From the sequence record DRR723986_5306: a stretch of DNA of 20,547 nucleotides; one strand, 5' to 3'. Every line of letters starts with the position of its first letter. The stretch's first letter is position 1. Positions 1-9,071 of the stretch are shown here, in pieces. Under the pieces are notes generated by a model. It saw nothing but the letters and a program-made list of their open reading frames with translations, was not told where the DNA came from and did not search any database. The position numbers and the translations under genes are program-made.

Positions 1-1
1 C

Positions 2-1195
2 ATGACCGAGAACCCCTGCGCCCTGGCAAGTGATGCAACACTTTTCGATGCCGTGTTGGAGATGACCAATCGCGGCGTGCACCATCTGCCGGTATTGGGC
101 GAGGCGCAACAGCTGCTCGGTGTGCTGACCACCTCCGATGTCAACGTGGCAAGGGAAGACGACCCGATCTACTTTGTGCAGCGGGTATCGCGGTTGAGCA
201 CTCTTACAGCGCTTCAGGAGCAACTAGCGCGCCTGCCGAACCTGTTCCGCCAATGGGTAGAGGCCGATACGCCGGTGACGCAGATTACGCAAATGACAAC
301 CGCGGTAAGTGATGCCTTGACGCGGCGGCTTATCGACCTTGCCGAACAATCGCTTGGCCCCGCTCCCTGCGACTACTGCTGGTTGGGCTTTGGCTCCCAG
401 GCTCGGGGCGAGCAGTTACTCGGTGGTGATCAGGACAACGGTTTGCTGATTGATAATTCTGCAACCGACGACGACATGGCGTGGTTTGCGAAACTCGCCG
501 ACTTTGTCTGTGCTGGGCTTAATGACTGCGGCTATGATTACTGTCCGGGTGACGTGATGGCCAAGTCGGAAAAGTGGCGCAAGCGCGCCGCCGATTGGGA
601 GGCGATGGTCGACGGCTGGATGACCAGCCCCAGCGCCAGTGCCGTGATGCACATCAGTATTTTCTTCGACCTGCGTGCCATTGCCGGTAGCCGCAGCCTG
701 GCTGAGGCCTTGCAGCAACATATGTTGGCCCACAGCCAGCGCAATACCATTTTCCTTGCCGCGCTGGCAGAGAATGTTCTGGCAAGCTCGCCGCCGCTAA
801 GCATGTTTGGCCGTTTTCTGTTGGAGCGTAGCGGCGAGCACCAACACAGTCTTGACCTGAAAAAACGCGGCGTGCTGCCGGTGATAGAGCTCGCCCGGCT
901 GCATTCGCTGGCCAACGGTATCCCCGCGGTAAATACCCATAAGCGCTTGCAGGCACTGGCGCGCGCGGGTCAGATGAGCTTGGCAGATAGTCGCAACCTT
1001 GAGGATGCATTTACTTTGATCAATGGCATCCGTTTGCAACAGCAGGCCGCACAAATTGCCGCTGGCGACGAGCCCGATAATTACTGCGATCCCCGCCAGC
1101 TTACCCGGTTGCAGCGCAGCCACTTAAAGCAGGCATTCAGGGTGGTTCATCAGGCCGAGGATATTATCAAGCTGCGCTACCGAGCGGGTAACTGA
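2..1195 (+). CDS. CBS + DUF294 (GlnD-like nucleotidyltransferase) + DUF294_C protein; probably 5'-truncated by the window edge
   Basis: Starts within a CBS domain (MTENP...GVHHLPV...LLGVLTTSD); NT motif GSQARGEQLLGGDQDNGL; GY..CPGDVMA; IFFDLR; LDLKKRGVLP..RLHSL typical of DUF294_C. Confidence 0.88.
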   Translation: MTENPCALASDATLFDAVLEMTNRGVHHLPVLGEAQQLLGVLTTSDVNVAREDDPIYFVQRVSRLSTLTALQEQLARLPNLFRQWVEADTPVTQITQMTTAVSDALTRRLIDLAEQSLGPAPCDYCWLGFGSQARGEQLLGGDQDNGLLIDNSATDDDMAWFAKLADFVCAGLNDCGYDYCPGDVMAKSEKWRKRAADWEAMVDGWMTSPSASAVMHISIFFDLRAIAGSRSLAEALQQHMLAHSQRNTIFLAALAENVLASSPPLSMFGRFLLERSGEHQHSLDLKKRGVLPVIELARLHSLANGIPAVNTHKRLQALARAGQMSLADSRNLEDAFTLINGIRLQQQAAQIAAGDEPDNYCDPRQLTRLQRSHLKQAFRVVHQAEDIIKLRYRAGN

Positions 1196-1196
1196 C

Positions 1197-1841
1197 ATGT
1201 CGGCGTTCTGTCAGGCGTTGCGGCTGCAATTTAAACGCTATCAGTATCGCCGGCGTGCCGCGCGCGCGCTGCGCGACTGCTGGCAGTTGTCACCGCCCTG
1301 TTGGCAGTCGCCTGCCAGAGATGCGGCCTACCTCGCAATTGATCTGGAAATGACCTCGCTGGACCCAAGTACAGGGGAAGTCGTGAGTATTGGCTGGGTG
1401 CCGATTACTCATTGCGAGATCGACCTGTCGGCGGCGCGCCACCACCTTTTACGCGCTGAATCGCTGGTAGGCGAAAGTGCCGTTATCCACCAACTGCGCG
1501 ATTGCGACCGGGTAGGCGGTGAACCCCCGGCGGAGGTGTTGCAAGCGCTGCTCAAGGCCGCCTCTGGCCGAGTGTTGCTGTTTCACTGCGCTGAGCTGGA
1601 TATCGCTTTTCTCAACGCGCTTTGCCAAACGCACCTAGCGGCGCCTTTGCTGCTGCCCTATGTCGACACCCTGCAAATTGAGCACGGCCGCCGTGAGCGC
1701 GCTCATCAACCGGTTCGCAACGGCGAGCTGCGCTTGGCTGACTGCCGCGAACACTACCATTTGCCCGCCTATCCCGCCCACAATGCACTCAGTGATGCCC
1801 TGGCAACGGCCGAGTTGTTTTTGGCGATTAAGTCTCGGTAA
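1197..1841 (+). CDS. DEDDh 3'-5' exonuclease (DnaQ/epsilon-like), the usual partner of DUF294 genes
   Basis: ExoI AIDLEMT, ExoII HCAELD, ExoIII HNALSDA; starts 1 nt after the upstream stop. Confidence 0.88.
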   Translation: MSAFCQALRLQFKRYQYRRRAARALRDCWQLSPPCWQSPARDAAYLAIDLEMTSLDPSTGEVVSIGWVPITHCEIDLSAARHHLLRAESLVGESAVIHQLRDCDRVGGEPPAEVLQALLKAASGRVLLFHCAELDIAFLNALCQTHLAAPLLLPYVDTLQIEHGRRERAHQPVRNGELRLADCREHYHLPAYPAHNALSDALATAELFLAIKSR

Positions 1842-1872
1842 ACTGCCGCGCTGAATTGTAATGGGAGTTGGT

Positions 1873-2370
1873 ATGGCTCTGGATCTTCAAGAGTTACGTC
1901 GCTTTGTGGATGTGGTACTGCAGTCGAACCCCGGCGATCACTTCACGACCTTGGGTATCGCTGTCGAGGCCGTAGAGCACCACCACGTGCAAATGAGTAT
2001 GCCCTATCGAGAATCGCTAATTGGAGACCCCGATACAGGAGTGCTTCACGGCGGCGCTATTACCGCGCTGTTAGACACCTGCTGCGGGTTTGCCGCGGCC
2101 ACCGCCCTTGATGACCTGGGCATGACGCCCACGATTGACCTGCGCATCGATTACATGCGTGCGGCGACGCCGGGCAAAAGCGTGATCGCCGATGCCGAGG
2201 TGTACCGCGTTAGTGAGAGCGTGATATTTACCCGCGCTCTTGCCCATCACGGTGATGTTCAACACCCGATCGCCTCTGCGGTAGGTAATTTCTTCCGAAT
2301 GGAGTCAGCGCTGTTTGAGGAGATGCGCCGAGAGTTTCGACGTGCCGAAGCGACAGAGGGAGGGGCGTAA
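1873..2370 (+). CDS. PaaI-family (hot-dog fold) thioesterase
   Basis: LIGDPDTGVLHGGAITALLDT and TIDLRIDYMRAA motifs. ATG 1873 follows GGGAG (1863-1867); ATG 1861 is an alternative start. Confidence 0.85.
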   Translation: MALDLQELRRFVDVVLQSNPGDHFTTLGIAVEAVEHHHVQMSMPYRESLIGDPDTGVLHGGAITALLDTCCGFAAATALDDLGMTPTIDLRIDYMRAATPGKSVIADAEVYRVSESVIFTRALAHHGDVQHPIASAVGNFFRMESALFEEMRREFRRAEATEGGA

Positions 2371-2766
2371 ATGACAGACGATTTTCAAGCGCGTATCGAC
2401 CGCGTGCCCTATGCGCGAACGCTGGGCATCCAAATGATCAACGAAGACGGCTGTTTTTTACTGCCGGCGCGGAAAAGCAATATTGGTAACCCGACTCTGC
2501 CTGCCTTGCACGGCGGTGCCATCGCCGGGTTTATGGAACTGTCGGCGATGATTCATGTGTTGAGTCAGGGAGGTAGCGACAGTACGCCTAAAATCGTCGA
2601 TTTTGCGGTGGACTTCGTGCGTGCCGGAAAATTTGAAGAAACCTTCTGCCGGTGCGAGTTGGTATTTTTTGGGCGCAAAATGATCAACGTGAGTATCACA
2701 GCCTGGCAGGATGACCCAGGTCGTCCCATTGCCAAGGCGCGGGCGCAGTTCTTAGTAAAAGACTAG
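2371..2766 (+). CDS. PaaI-family (hot-dog fold) thioesterase, second of a tandem pair
   Basis: NIGNPTLPALHGGAIAGFME and PKIVDFAVDFVRAG; ATG directly follows the upstream TAA; GGAGG SD upstream. Confidence 0.85.
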   Translation: MTDDFQARIDRVPYARTLGIQMINEDGCFLLPARKSNIGNPTLPALHGGAIAGFMELSAMIHVLSQGGSDSTPKIVDFAVDFVRAGKFEETFCRCELVFFGRKMINVSITAWQDDPGRPIAKARAQFLVKD

Positions 2767-2837
2767 CGCGGGTGAGTTTGAGGCGGACCGGGCAAAAGCC
2801 AGGCCGCCGTTACCCGTGCAGCGTGCTATCGGCGATG

Positions 2838-3116
2838 CTAGGCAACCTCGTTCAGCTCCCGGCTGACGTTGGCAATATCCCGGTGTAAGCTTTCCAGTGC
2901 GGCGCGGTCGGTGGTGCTAAAAGACAGGGTATTGTGGAAATTAACGGTAACCGATGCGCGACGGTTTTCCAGGGTAATGGTGTAGCCATCGATCCCTGAA
3001 CTTACCTTGATGGGGCCGTATTCCCGCCCCCAGCCATCACTGCTCGCCACGCCGTATTGCTGAACCAGTTCAAAGCTGCGTAACAGCTCGGCTGGCCTGA
3101 ACTTGCGTTTTTCCAT
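2838..3116 (-). CDS. DUF3081-like small protein
   Basis: 92 aa; LL..FE.V..YG, DGYTITL and FHN motifs recalled for DUF3081. Confidence 0.6.
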   Translation of the reverse strand: MEKRKFRPAELLRSFELVQQYGVASSDGWGREYGPIKVSSGIDGYTITLENRRASVTVNFHNTLSFSTTDRAALESLHRDIANVSRELNEVA

Positions 3117-3246
3117 GGGAAGTCGCCCTTTCGTCGTTCAGTATTACTACGTCGCGAAGCGAAGGGCCGGATGTTACCGCCTTTGCTGCCCAACAGGCTG
3201 TGCCGCATCGCGTTGCTGGCGAGCAAACGCGGCGTCTGGCGTAGCA

Positions 3247-6200
3247 CTACTGGACGGCACTGCTGCGTCGCTGGCGCTGGCTTTGCCACCAGAGGCGGAT
3301 ATCGCTGTCGATGGCCAGCATCAGCGGCACGGTATACAGGGTGGTGATCGCGCCGACAATCCCGCCCCAGAACATCACCATGATCATCGGCGTCTGTGTG
3401 GGGTGCGCACCGGCAATACCGTAGGCTGCAGGGCCGAGCCCGGCGCTGGTGGTAAGGGCGGTAATTAAAATGGGGCGCAGCCGCACGGCGGCGGCTTCGG
3501 CAATGGCGCTGCGCTCAACAATCGCACCTGGCTGCCCACTTTGGTGGTGTAGCTTATTCACTTTATCCACCAGAACCAGTGAGCTGTTCACCAGCACGCC
3601 GGCCAAGCCAAGGAAGCCGACAATGGCCGAAACGCCCAGCACGAAACCATGCAGGGTCAGCACGATCAGCACGGCGACAAAGGCCAGCGGGATGACCGCC
3701 ATAATAATCAAAGGCTGACTGAGGGAATTGAACAGCAACACCATCAGGAAAAAGATGCTGACCAGTACAATCATCAGACCGGTGCCCATCGACTCAGCGG
3801 TTTCGGCCTGCGCGACCAGTTCGCCGCCCAACTCAACTCGGACTCCCGGGTATTTCGCTGCAAATTGTTTTTCATCTAACCAGGCTTGTAGGCGGTGATT
3901 GATGTCCACCACCGACAGTTGGTCGCGGTTCACCTCCGCGCGGATGGTTTCAGCGCGGCGACCGCCATAGTGGGCGATAACCGCTTGGCCCTGGCGTACC
4001 TGGAATTGGGCAATATTGCGCAGTGGCACTTGCTCGCCACTTGGGCTCAATACAGTGAGTGAGCGCAGCGCATTGATGTCGTTGCGGTACTTGTCCTGTA
4101 GCTCCAGGCGATAGCGAATGCGCTCCTCGACGGTTTGCAACTCTTCGACCAGCAGACCGTCGTAGGCAATGCGCAGTGCGCGGGTGACATCCGCGACTGC
4201 GATACCGGCATTGGCGGTTGCGGCATAATCCAGTTTGAGTTCAATCAGGTTTTTGCCGGGGGTGTAGCTGGTCCATACCTCGGTAACACCGCGCTGTTCA
4301 CTCAGCCAGGCCATCAGCGCGTCGGCAATTTCGCCGCGCACTTCATCGGAGTGGGCTATCACCCGCGCTTCAACCGGCGTACCCACCGGCGGTTGCTCGT
4401 TTTCAATGTCGACGACAAAGCGAATCGCCTGCGTAAACTCCGGCCGCAGTTGTTTGAGGCGGTCGCGAATCTCGGCGGCGCTCAGCTCCCGGTGTCGCCC
4501 GGACACTAGGGTGAGTTGCACTTTACCCAGCGACGGAGATTTAACTTGGATCATATCGTCGCTATTTGGGTCGCTCCATTCACCCACAACAGAGAAGTGG
4601 CCGGTGATAATGCCATCGGGAATGGTCTCCAGCGCGCGTTGCTCAATGCGGTTGATCACGGCGGCGGTGGTATCGATAGTCGTGCCTGCGGGCATCTCGA
4701 TGCCAATGGTGATGTCGGTGGCATCGGTGTCGGGGTAGCTTTCAAACTGCAGGTAGTGCGAGAGCATGACGATGGACAGGAAAAAGAGTGCCAGCCCGCC
4801 CGACATGGCGATCATGGGTCGCCTCAGCATGGGCGTCAGGGTGGCGGCATAGAAGTGTTGCACATGGCGAAACCAGCTTGCCTTGTCGCGCCCGGCCTCG
4901 GCGCGTTTCAGCGATTCGGCGATGTGGGAGGGCAGTAAAATCAAACACTCGAAGAGCGAGGCGAGAATAATCAGCACGACGGTTGCCGGGATCACCCACA
5001 TAAACTTGGCGTCTTCCCCGCCGATCAGGAGCAGGGGCATCATGGCAAACACGGTGGTTAAGGCACCGGTAATAACCGGGCTGGAAACACTGTTTACCCC
5101 GTTCACAGCAGCGTCTCGAATCGACATGCCTGATTCAAAATGGCTGTAGATACTCTCGCTGGTGACAATGGCGTCGTCCACGAGCAGGCCGAGCATAAGA
5201 ATGATGGCGACGAAGGCGACGGTGTTGTAGGTCACGCCAAAGATCGGCATCAGCGCGATGCCGAGCAGCACGGCGACGGGTATGCCGACGACAACCCAGA
5301 AGGTAGAGCGCCAGGGGAAGAAGAATAACAGCACTAAGGTGATCAGGATCGCGCCCAGCATGGCGTTGTCCAGCAGAGTCGAGATCACCACCTTGGTAAT
5401 ATCGGCGCCGTCGTCGACGACCGATAACTGCACGGTGCTGGGCAGGTTTTTCCTAAATGTATTGAGCAGGCTTTTAATATCTTCCGACAGCGTCAGGTCG
5501 TTGCTGTCTGCCTGCGCGCGAACGGTGAGCACAATGCCCTGCAAGCCACCCTTGTAATACGAGACGGTGGCTTCGGAAAAGCCCTCGGTCACTTGTGCCA
5601 GGTCTTTTATTCGCAAGTGGTTGCCGTAGCCGTCGCTGCGCACGATCACCGAGGCGACTTCTTTGGGTTCGCTAAACTCGCCCACTGCAACGATGTCTTG
5701 TTCCCCGACAAAGGAGGCCAGCGAGCCGCCCGTTTCAGTGACATTGCGGCTTTTGATGGCGCGTTCTATTTCTGCGTAGGACACGCCAAGGCGGTCCAGT
5801 TTCAGGGGGTCGAGTTGAATATGGATTTCGCGGTCGCGATACCCCAGGCGGTCGACACCGCGCACGCCGCGAAGCGAGCGCAATTGGTCTTGCAGCGAGC
5901 GCGCCAGTTTGCGCAGCGTGGCTTCCGGCGCTTGGCCGTACAGCATCACGATGGCCACAGGGAAGTCTGCCGACTTGGCTTCCACCAGCAGGGGTTTTTC
6001 CAGAAGGTCTGTTGGCAGGCGGGATTGGGCGCGGTCTATGGCGCGCTGCAGGTCTCTGGCCATTTCGGCCAGCTGCGCCTTATCCGCCTCGGGATCGGCG
6101 TTGACCTGAATCAGCGACATGCCTTCGGCGCTATTCGAGCGCAGTTCGCGAATACCGTCGACAGACTCCAGCTCTTCCTCCAGCGGCACGGTAACGCTGA

Positions 6201-6384
6201 GCTCCATTTTCTCGGCGCTGGCGCCGGGCCGCAGCGTGGTGATGGAAAAGCGGCCGTTGGACAGGTCGGGGGCGCTCTTAATGGCGCCGGTTTGCAGGCT
6301 GTAAAAACCCAGCAAAATGCCCATGATCATCACCAGATTGACGATCAGGGGGCGGTCGATAAACCAAGCGTAAAAGGACTTCAT
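3247..6384 (-). CDS. RND efflux transporter permease (AcrB/AcrD/AcrF family)
   Basis: 1045 aa; N-terminal TM then large periplasmic loops; TM4 GLLVDDAIV; RLRPILITALTT near TM11; ATGA overlap with the adaptor gene. Confidence 0.93.
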   Translation of the reverse strand: MKSFYAWFIDRPLIVNLVMIMGILLGFYSLQTGAIKSAPDLSNGRFSITTLRPGASAEKMELSVTVPLEEELESVDGIRELRSNSAEGMSLIQVNADPEADKAQLAEMARDLQRAIDRAQSRLPTDLLEKPLLVEAKSADFPVAIVMLYGQAPEATLRKLARSLQDQLRSLRGVRGVDRLGYRDREIHIQLDPLKLDRLGVSYAEIERAIKSRNVTETGGSLASFVGEQDIVAVGEFSEPKEVASVIVRSDGYGNHLRIKDLAQVTEGFSEATVSYYKGGLQGIVLTVRAQADSNDLTLSEDIKSLLNTFRKNLPSTVQLSVVDDGADITKVVISTLLDNAMLGAILITLVLLFFFPWRSTFWVVVGIPVAVLLGIALMPIFGVTYNTVAFVAIILMLGLLVDDAIVTSESIYSHFESGMSIRDAAVNGVNSVSSPVITGALTTVFAMMPLLLIGGEDAKFMWVIPATVVLIILASLFECLILLPSHIAESLKRAEAGRDKASWFRHVQHFYAATLTPMLRRPMIAMSGGLALFFLSIVMLSHYLQFESYPDTDATDITIGIEMPAGTTIDTTAAVINRIEQRALETIPDGIITGHFSVVGEWSDPNSDDMIQVKSPSLGKVQLTLVSGRHRELSAAEIRDRLKQLRPEFTQAIRFVVDIENEQPPVGTPVEARVIAHSDEVRGEIADALMAWLSEQRGVTEVWTSYTPGKNLIELKLDYAATANAGIAVADVTRALRIAYDGLLVEELQTVEERIRYRLELQDKYRNDINALRSLTVLSPSGEQVPLRNIAQFQVRQGQAVIAHYGGRRAETIRAEVNRDQLSVVDINHRLQAWLDEKQFAAKYPGVRVELGGELVAQAETAESMGTGLMIVLVSIFFLMVLLFNSLSQPLIIMAVIPLAFVAVLIVLTLHGFVLGVSAIVGFLGLAGVLVNSSLVLVDKVNKLHHQSGQPGAIVERSAIAEAAAVRLRPILITALTTSAGLGPAAYGIAGAHPTQTPMIMVMFWGGIVGAITTLYTVPLMLAIDSDIRLWWQSQRQRRSSAVQ

Positions 6385-7454
6385 GGCTGAGTCTCGACAG
6401 TAACGGCTAGCCCGTCGGTAATCAGTTCCAGGGGAGAAAGGATCAGCATTTCATCGGGCTCGAGGCCAGACAGCACTGGAATCTCGTCGCCACTGGGTAG
6501 GCCAAAGCGGGGCTCGCGGCGCTCGGCGATTCCTTGGTTGACCACAAAAACTACCGCCTTACGCTGTCTGTCGACCACGGCTGTGCGAGGAATAAAGAGC
6601 ACTTTACGGTTGCTTTCAACGTCTATGCGCACACTGGCTGACATGCCCTCTCTAAGCAGCACATCGGCGTCGGACAGGCGGCACTTTACTTCAAAGTTTC
6701 CCGTGCGGGGGTGGGCTGACTGGGCAATCGCCTCTACTCTGGCGCGGTACACCTTATTGCTGGCATCGCTGCGCACCTCCACGGGGGTGCCCAACTTTAG
6801 CTGATTCACTTCGGCCTGGTTGACCCATGTGATGACTTGCAGGGCTTCCTGAGCCTGAATCTCGATCAGTGCCTGCCCCGGTTGTACGCGCTCGCCTTGC
6901 TCGATGGGCTCGCCGTCAACCACACCCGCTATCGGGCTGCGTATATCTCGGTCGGCGAGTTCTCGCTGTGCCAGCTCTAACTCCGCTTGCGCAGACTGAA
7001 ACCGTGCTTTCAGCGCGTCGTAGTGGGAGCGCGCATTGTCCAACTGGTCATCAGAGACCGCGCCGGTTTCTCGCAATTGGCTGAATTTTTGCCATTGCCG
7101 CTGCGCCTGATCCATGTCGGCCTCACTGCTGGCACGAATGGCACGGGCGCGCTCGACACGCAAATTTTGCTTCTCGTTATCCAGGCGCATGAGCAGCTGG
7201 CCTTGCTGAACCGCTTGGCCTTCTTTGACGAGAACCTTCGTCACCACGCCGGCAGCCTCTGCGGCAATATCGACCGTTTCCGCCGACTGCAGTACTCCGG
7301 AGGTTTCCAGTGGGTAAGACCAGGGGACGGCGGGGAAGCGTTTTACGTTGACGGATAGCTGCTCAACGGCAGCCTCGGGCACGGGCGGTGGCGGCTCGGA
7401 ACAGGCGGATAGAAAATTGACGATTGCCAGCAGCAGCCACGGTTTTTTATTCAT
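6381..7454 (-). CDS. RND periplasmic adaptor (membrane fusion protein), lipoprotein
   Basis: Lipobox FLSAC; lipoyl-like GVVTKVLVKEGQAVQQGQLL; helical hairpin; IRSPIAGVV; LREGMSASV. Confidence 0.92.
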   Translation of the reverse strand: MNKKPWLLLAIVNFLSACSEPPPPVPEAAVEQLSVNVKRFPAVPWSYPLETSGVLQSAETVDIAAEAAGVVTKVLVKEGQAVQQGQLLMRLDNEKQNLRVERARAIRASSEADMDQAQRQWQKFSQLRETGAVSDDQLDNARSHYDALKARFQSAQAELELAQRELADRDIRSPIAGVVDGEPIEQGERVQPGQALIEIQAQEALQVITWVNQAEVNQLKLGTPVEVRSDASNKVYRARVEAIAQSAHPRTGNFEVKCRLSDADVLLREGMSASVRIDVESNRKVLFIPRTAVVDRQRKAVVFVVNQGIAERREPRFGLPSGDEIPVLSGLEPDEMLILSPLELITDGLAVTVETQP

Positions 7455-7460
7455 TGTTCG

Positions 7461-7484
7461 TCCTCTTCCTCAAGGGGGAGAGGA
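7461..7484 (-). promoter_or_regulatory. Anti-Shine-Dalgarno hairpin over the adaptor gene ribosome-binding site
   Basis: Minus-strand leader UCCUCU-CCCCCUUGAGGA-AGAGGA-CGAACA-AUG; UCCUCU is the exact complement of the SD AGAGGA. Confidence 0.4.
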
Positions 7485-7613
7485 TACCTGTTTACTTCAC
7501 AATATAAATTACCAGTGAATTAATTATCCGTTTGCAAACGGGGGCCATAAGGCCGGAAGGGGCGGGGAGAAGCCGGAGAGCGGTTTCCGGCTATAGGGAG
7601 TGGCTGCGCATGA

Positions 7614-7645
7614 GCTGCCGCCAACGACGGGGCATTGGCGGCAGC
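7614..7645 (-). terminator. GC-rich stem-loop just after the YVTN gene stop (terminator or mRNA-stabilising hairpin)
   Basis: GCTGCCGCCAA-N10-TTGGCGGCAGC perfect 11-bp inverted repeat with no U-tract; a second hairpin AGCCGGA..TCCGGCT at 7571-7592. Confidence 0.4.
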
Positions 7646-7649
7646 GGCG

Positions 7650-8933
7650 TTATTGTGGGTTGGCGAGCAGTAGCTGGCCGGTGCGAATGCGCTGGGGATG
7701 GTTGCCGACGGGCACACTGGCGACCTGCTCGGCGGTTTCGAAGTCGATGACGACCACGCGGTCCTGCTCGCTACTGGATACATAGCAGTGTCTGCCGTCT
7801 TCACTTTCTGTTGACCAATACGGCTTGGAGCCCAGTGGCTGCTCTGACAGGGTAACGGTCTTGTATTCGAAGGTTTCCCGGTCAACGATCGCGGCATAGC
7901 CGGACATGGTGGCCGCGACGCAGAGCTTGGTGCCAGCGTGATTCAGCGCCAGCCCGTGGTGGGCGGAATTAAGCTGGTATTTGCGCAGTGGCAGGGCGGC
8001 GATTTGGGGCGGCACTGGCAGGTCGATGTGACGGGTGATGCGGTGCGCCTTTAGGTCGTACTCGAAGAAGCCATGAAAGAAAGAGATTTGCAGGTAGGCA
8101 AAGCTCTCATCGGGCATTACCGCCATCGGCCGCACTGCTGAGTCCACCCAGTCCATGCCGTACTCTTCGAGCTTTTCGCGCATATCAATGGTGTTGAGCA
8201 CCTTGTAGCTGTTGGCGTCGGCTATCACAAAGCGCCGCTCGCCCTTCAGCCAATCCAGCCAGTCAGACGTGGTGGGGACGAACACGCGGCCAATCGAGGC
8301 GTGATAAATGCGCTGGCCGTCTTTGGAGTAATTGCTTTCATGGGGCTGATCGCCGGGATAGAAATTGTCGACGATCTCGCCGGTGGCGGTATCAATGGCG
8401 TGTACAACGCCCCCCGTTGAGGCGGAAATCAGGAAAATACTGCCATCCGGCGACAGGGCTGCGTGATCGGAACGCACACCCTTCACTTTGGTGCGCCAGG
8501 CAATTTTCCCGGTCAGCACATCCAGGGCGATGGCATCGGCAAGGCTGGGGCGCGACACATAGAGGTAGCGGCCATCTTTAGATGGAAACAAGTCGTCGAC
8601 CAACTGGTCGTTGCCTTCACCAATGACGTGGCGAATAAAACGCGCGGCAATGCGGCGGTACAGGCTGTCATTAATTTCGGCGAAGCGCTCGTCGATATCC
8701 GGCACTAGGTTAAAACGCGCCAGCACGTCAAAGGTCTCCGGGTCGAAAACTTCGGCCGTTCCATCCCAGTTGCTGCCGACAACAACGGCGTTGCGCAGCG
8801 TGGTGGTGTCGGGGTCGATCGGCGTGTTTGCCGCCAGCTGCGGGCCTACGGGGCTCAACGGCCGGGAGAGAAGAAACAGTGCGATGGCAACCACCACCAG
8901 CAATGACAGCAGCAAAGTCTTAAACAGTCGCAT
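7650..8933 (-). CDS. Exported or membrane-anchored YVTN/YncE-type beta-propeller protein
   Basis: Hydrophobic N-terminus; blade repeats [41 protein letters not shown]-terminal VPVGNHPQR. Confidence 0.8.
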   Translation of the reverse strand: MRLFKTLLLSLLVVVAIALFLLSRPLSPVGPQLAANTPIDPDTTTLRNAVVVGSNWDGTAEVFDPETFDVLARFNLVPDIDERFAEINDSLYRRIAARFIRHVIGEGNDQLVDDLFPSKDGRYLYVSRPSLADAIALDVLTGKIAWRTKVKGVRSDHAALSPDGSIFLISASTGGVVHAIDTATGEIVDNFYPGDQPHESNYSKDGQRIYHASIGRVFVPTTSDWLDWLKGERRFVIADANSYKVLNTIDMREKLEEYGMDWVDSAVRPMAVMPDESFAYLQISFFHGFFEYDLKAHRITRHIDLPVPPQIAALPLRKYQLNSAHHGLALNHAGTKLCVAATMSGYAAIVDRETFEYKTVTLSEQPLGSKPYWSTESEDGRHCYVSSSEQDRVVVIDFETAEQVASVPVGNHPQRIRTGQLLLANPQ

Positions 8934-8985
8934 GATGAAACCCTTTAGTTATTAGTCAGGCGCAGCAATCGCGCTTTCGGGCTGA

Positions 8986-9028
8986 ATCATATCAAAAGGG
9001 GAGGTGTGTAATTGTCGCCTTGGTGACA
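8986..9028 (-). promoter_or_regulatory. Putative extended -10 promoter of the YVTN gene with an upstream palindromic operator
   Basis: Minus strand TGaTATGAT at 8994-8986; near-perfect inverted repeat TGTCGCC-TT-GGTGACA at 9013-9028, at the upstream edge of a poor -35. Confidence 0.4.
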
Positions 9029-9071
9029 GTTCGCCAAGTGTCGCTAGGGCATTAGGGCCTGTTAACTGGCC

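Noticed and set aside
2782-2808. Hairpin GGCGGACCGGGC-AAAA-GCCAGGCCGCC between convergent genes
   Set aside because: Imperfect stem and no U-tract on either strand; too weak to call a terminator.
5593-6390. Long antisense and alternative-frame ORFs (for example 5593-6390 +, 16032-16778 -, 13502-14029 -, 19355-19876 +, 7520-7897 -)
   Set aside because: Shadow ORFs overlapping well-supported genes in GC-rich DNA, with no recognisable motifs.
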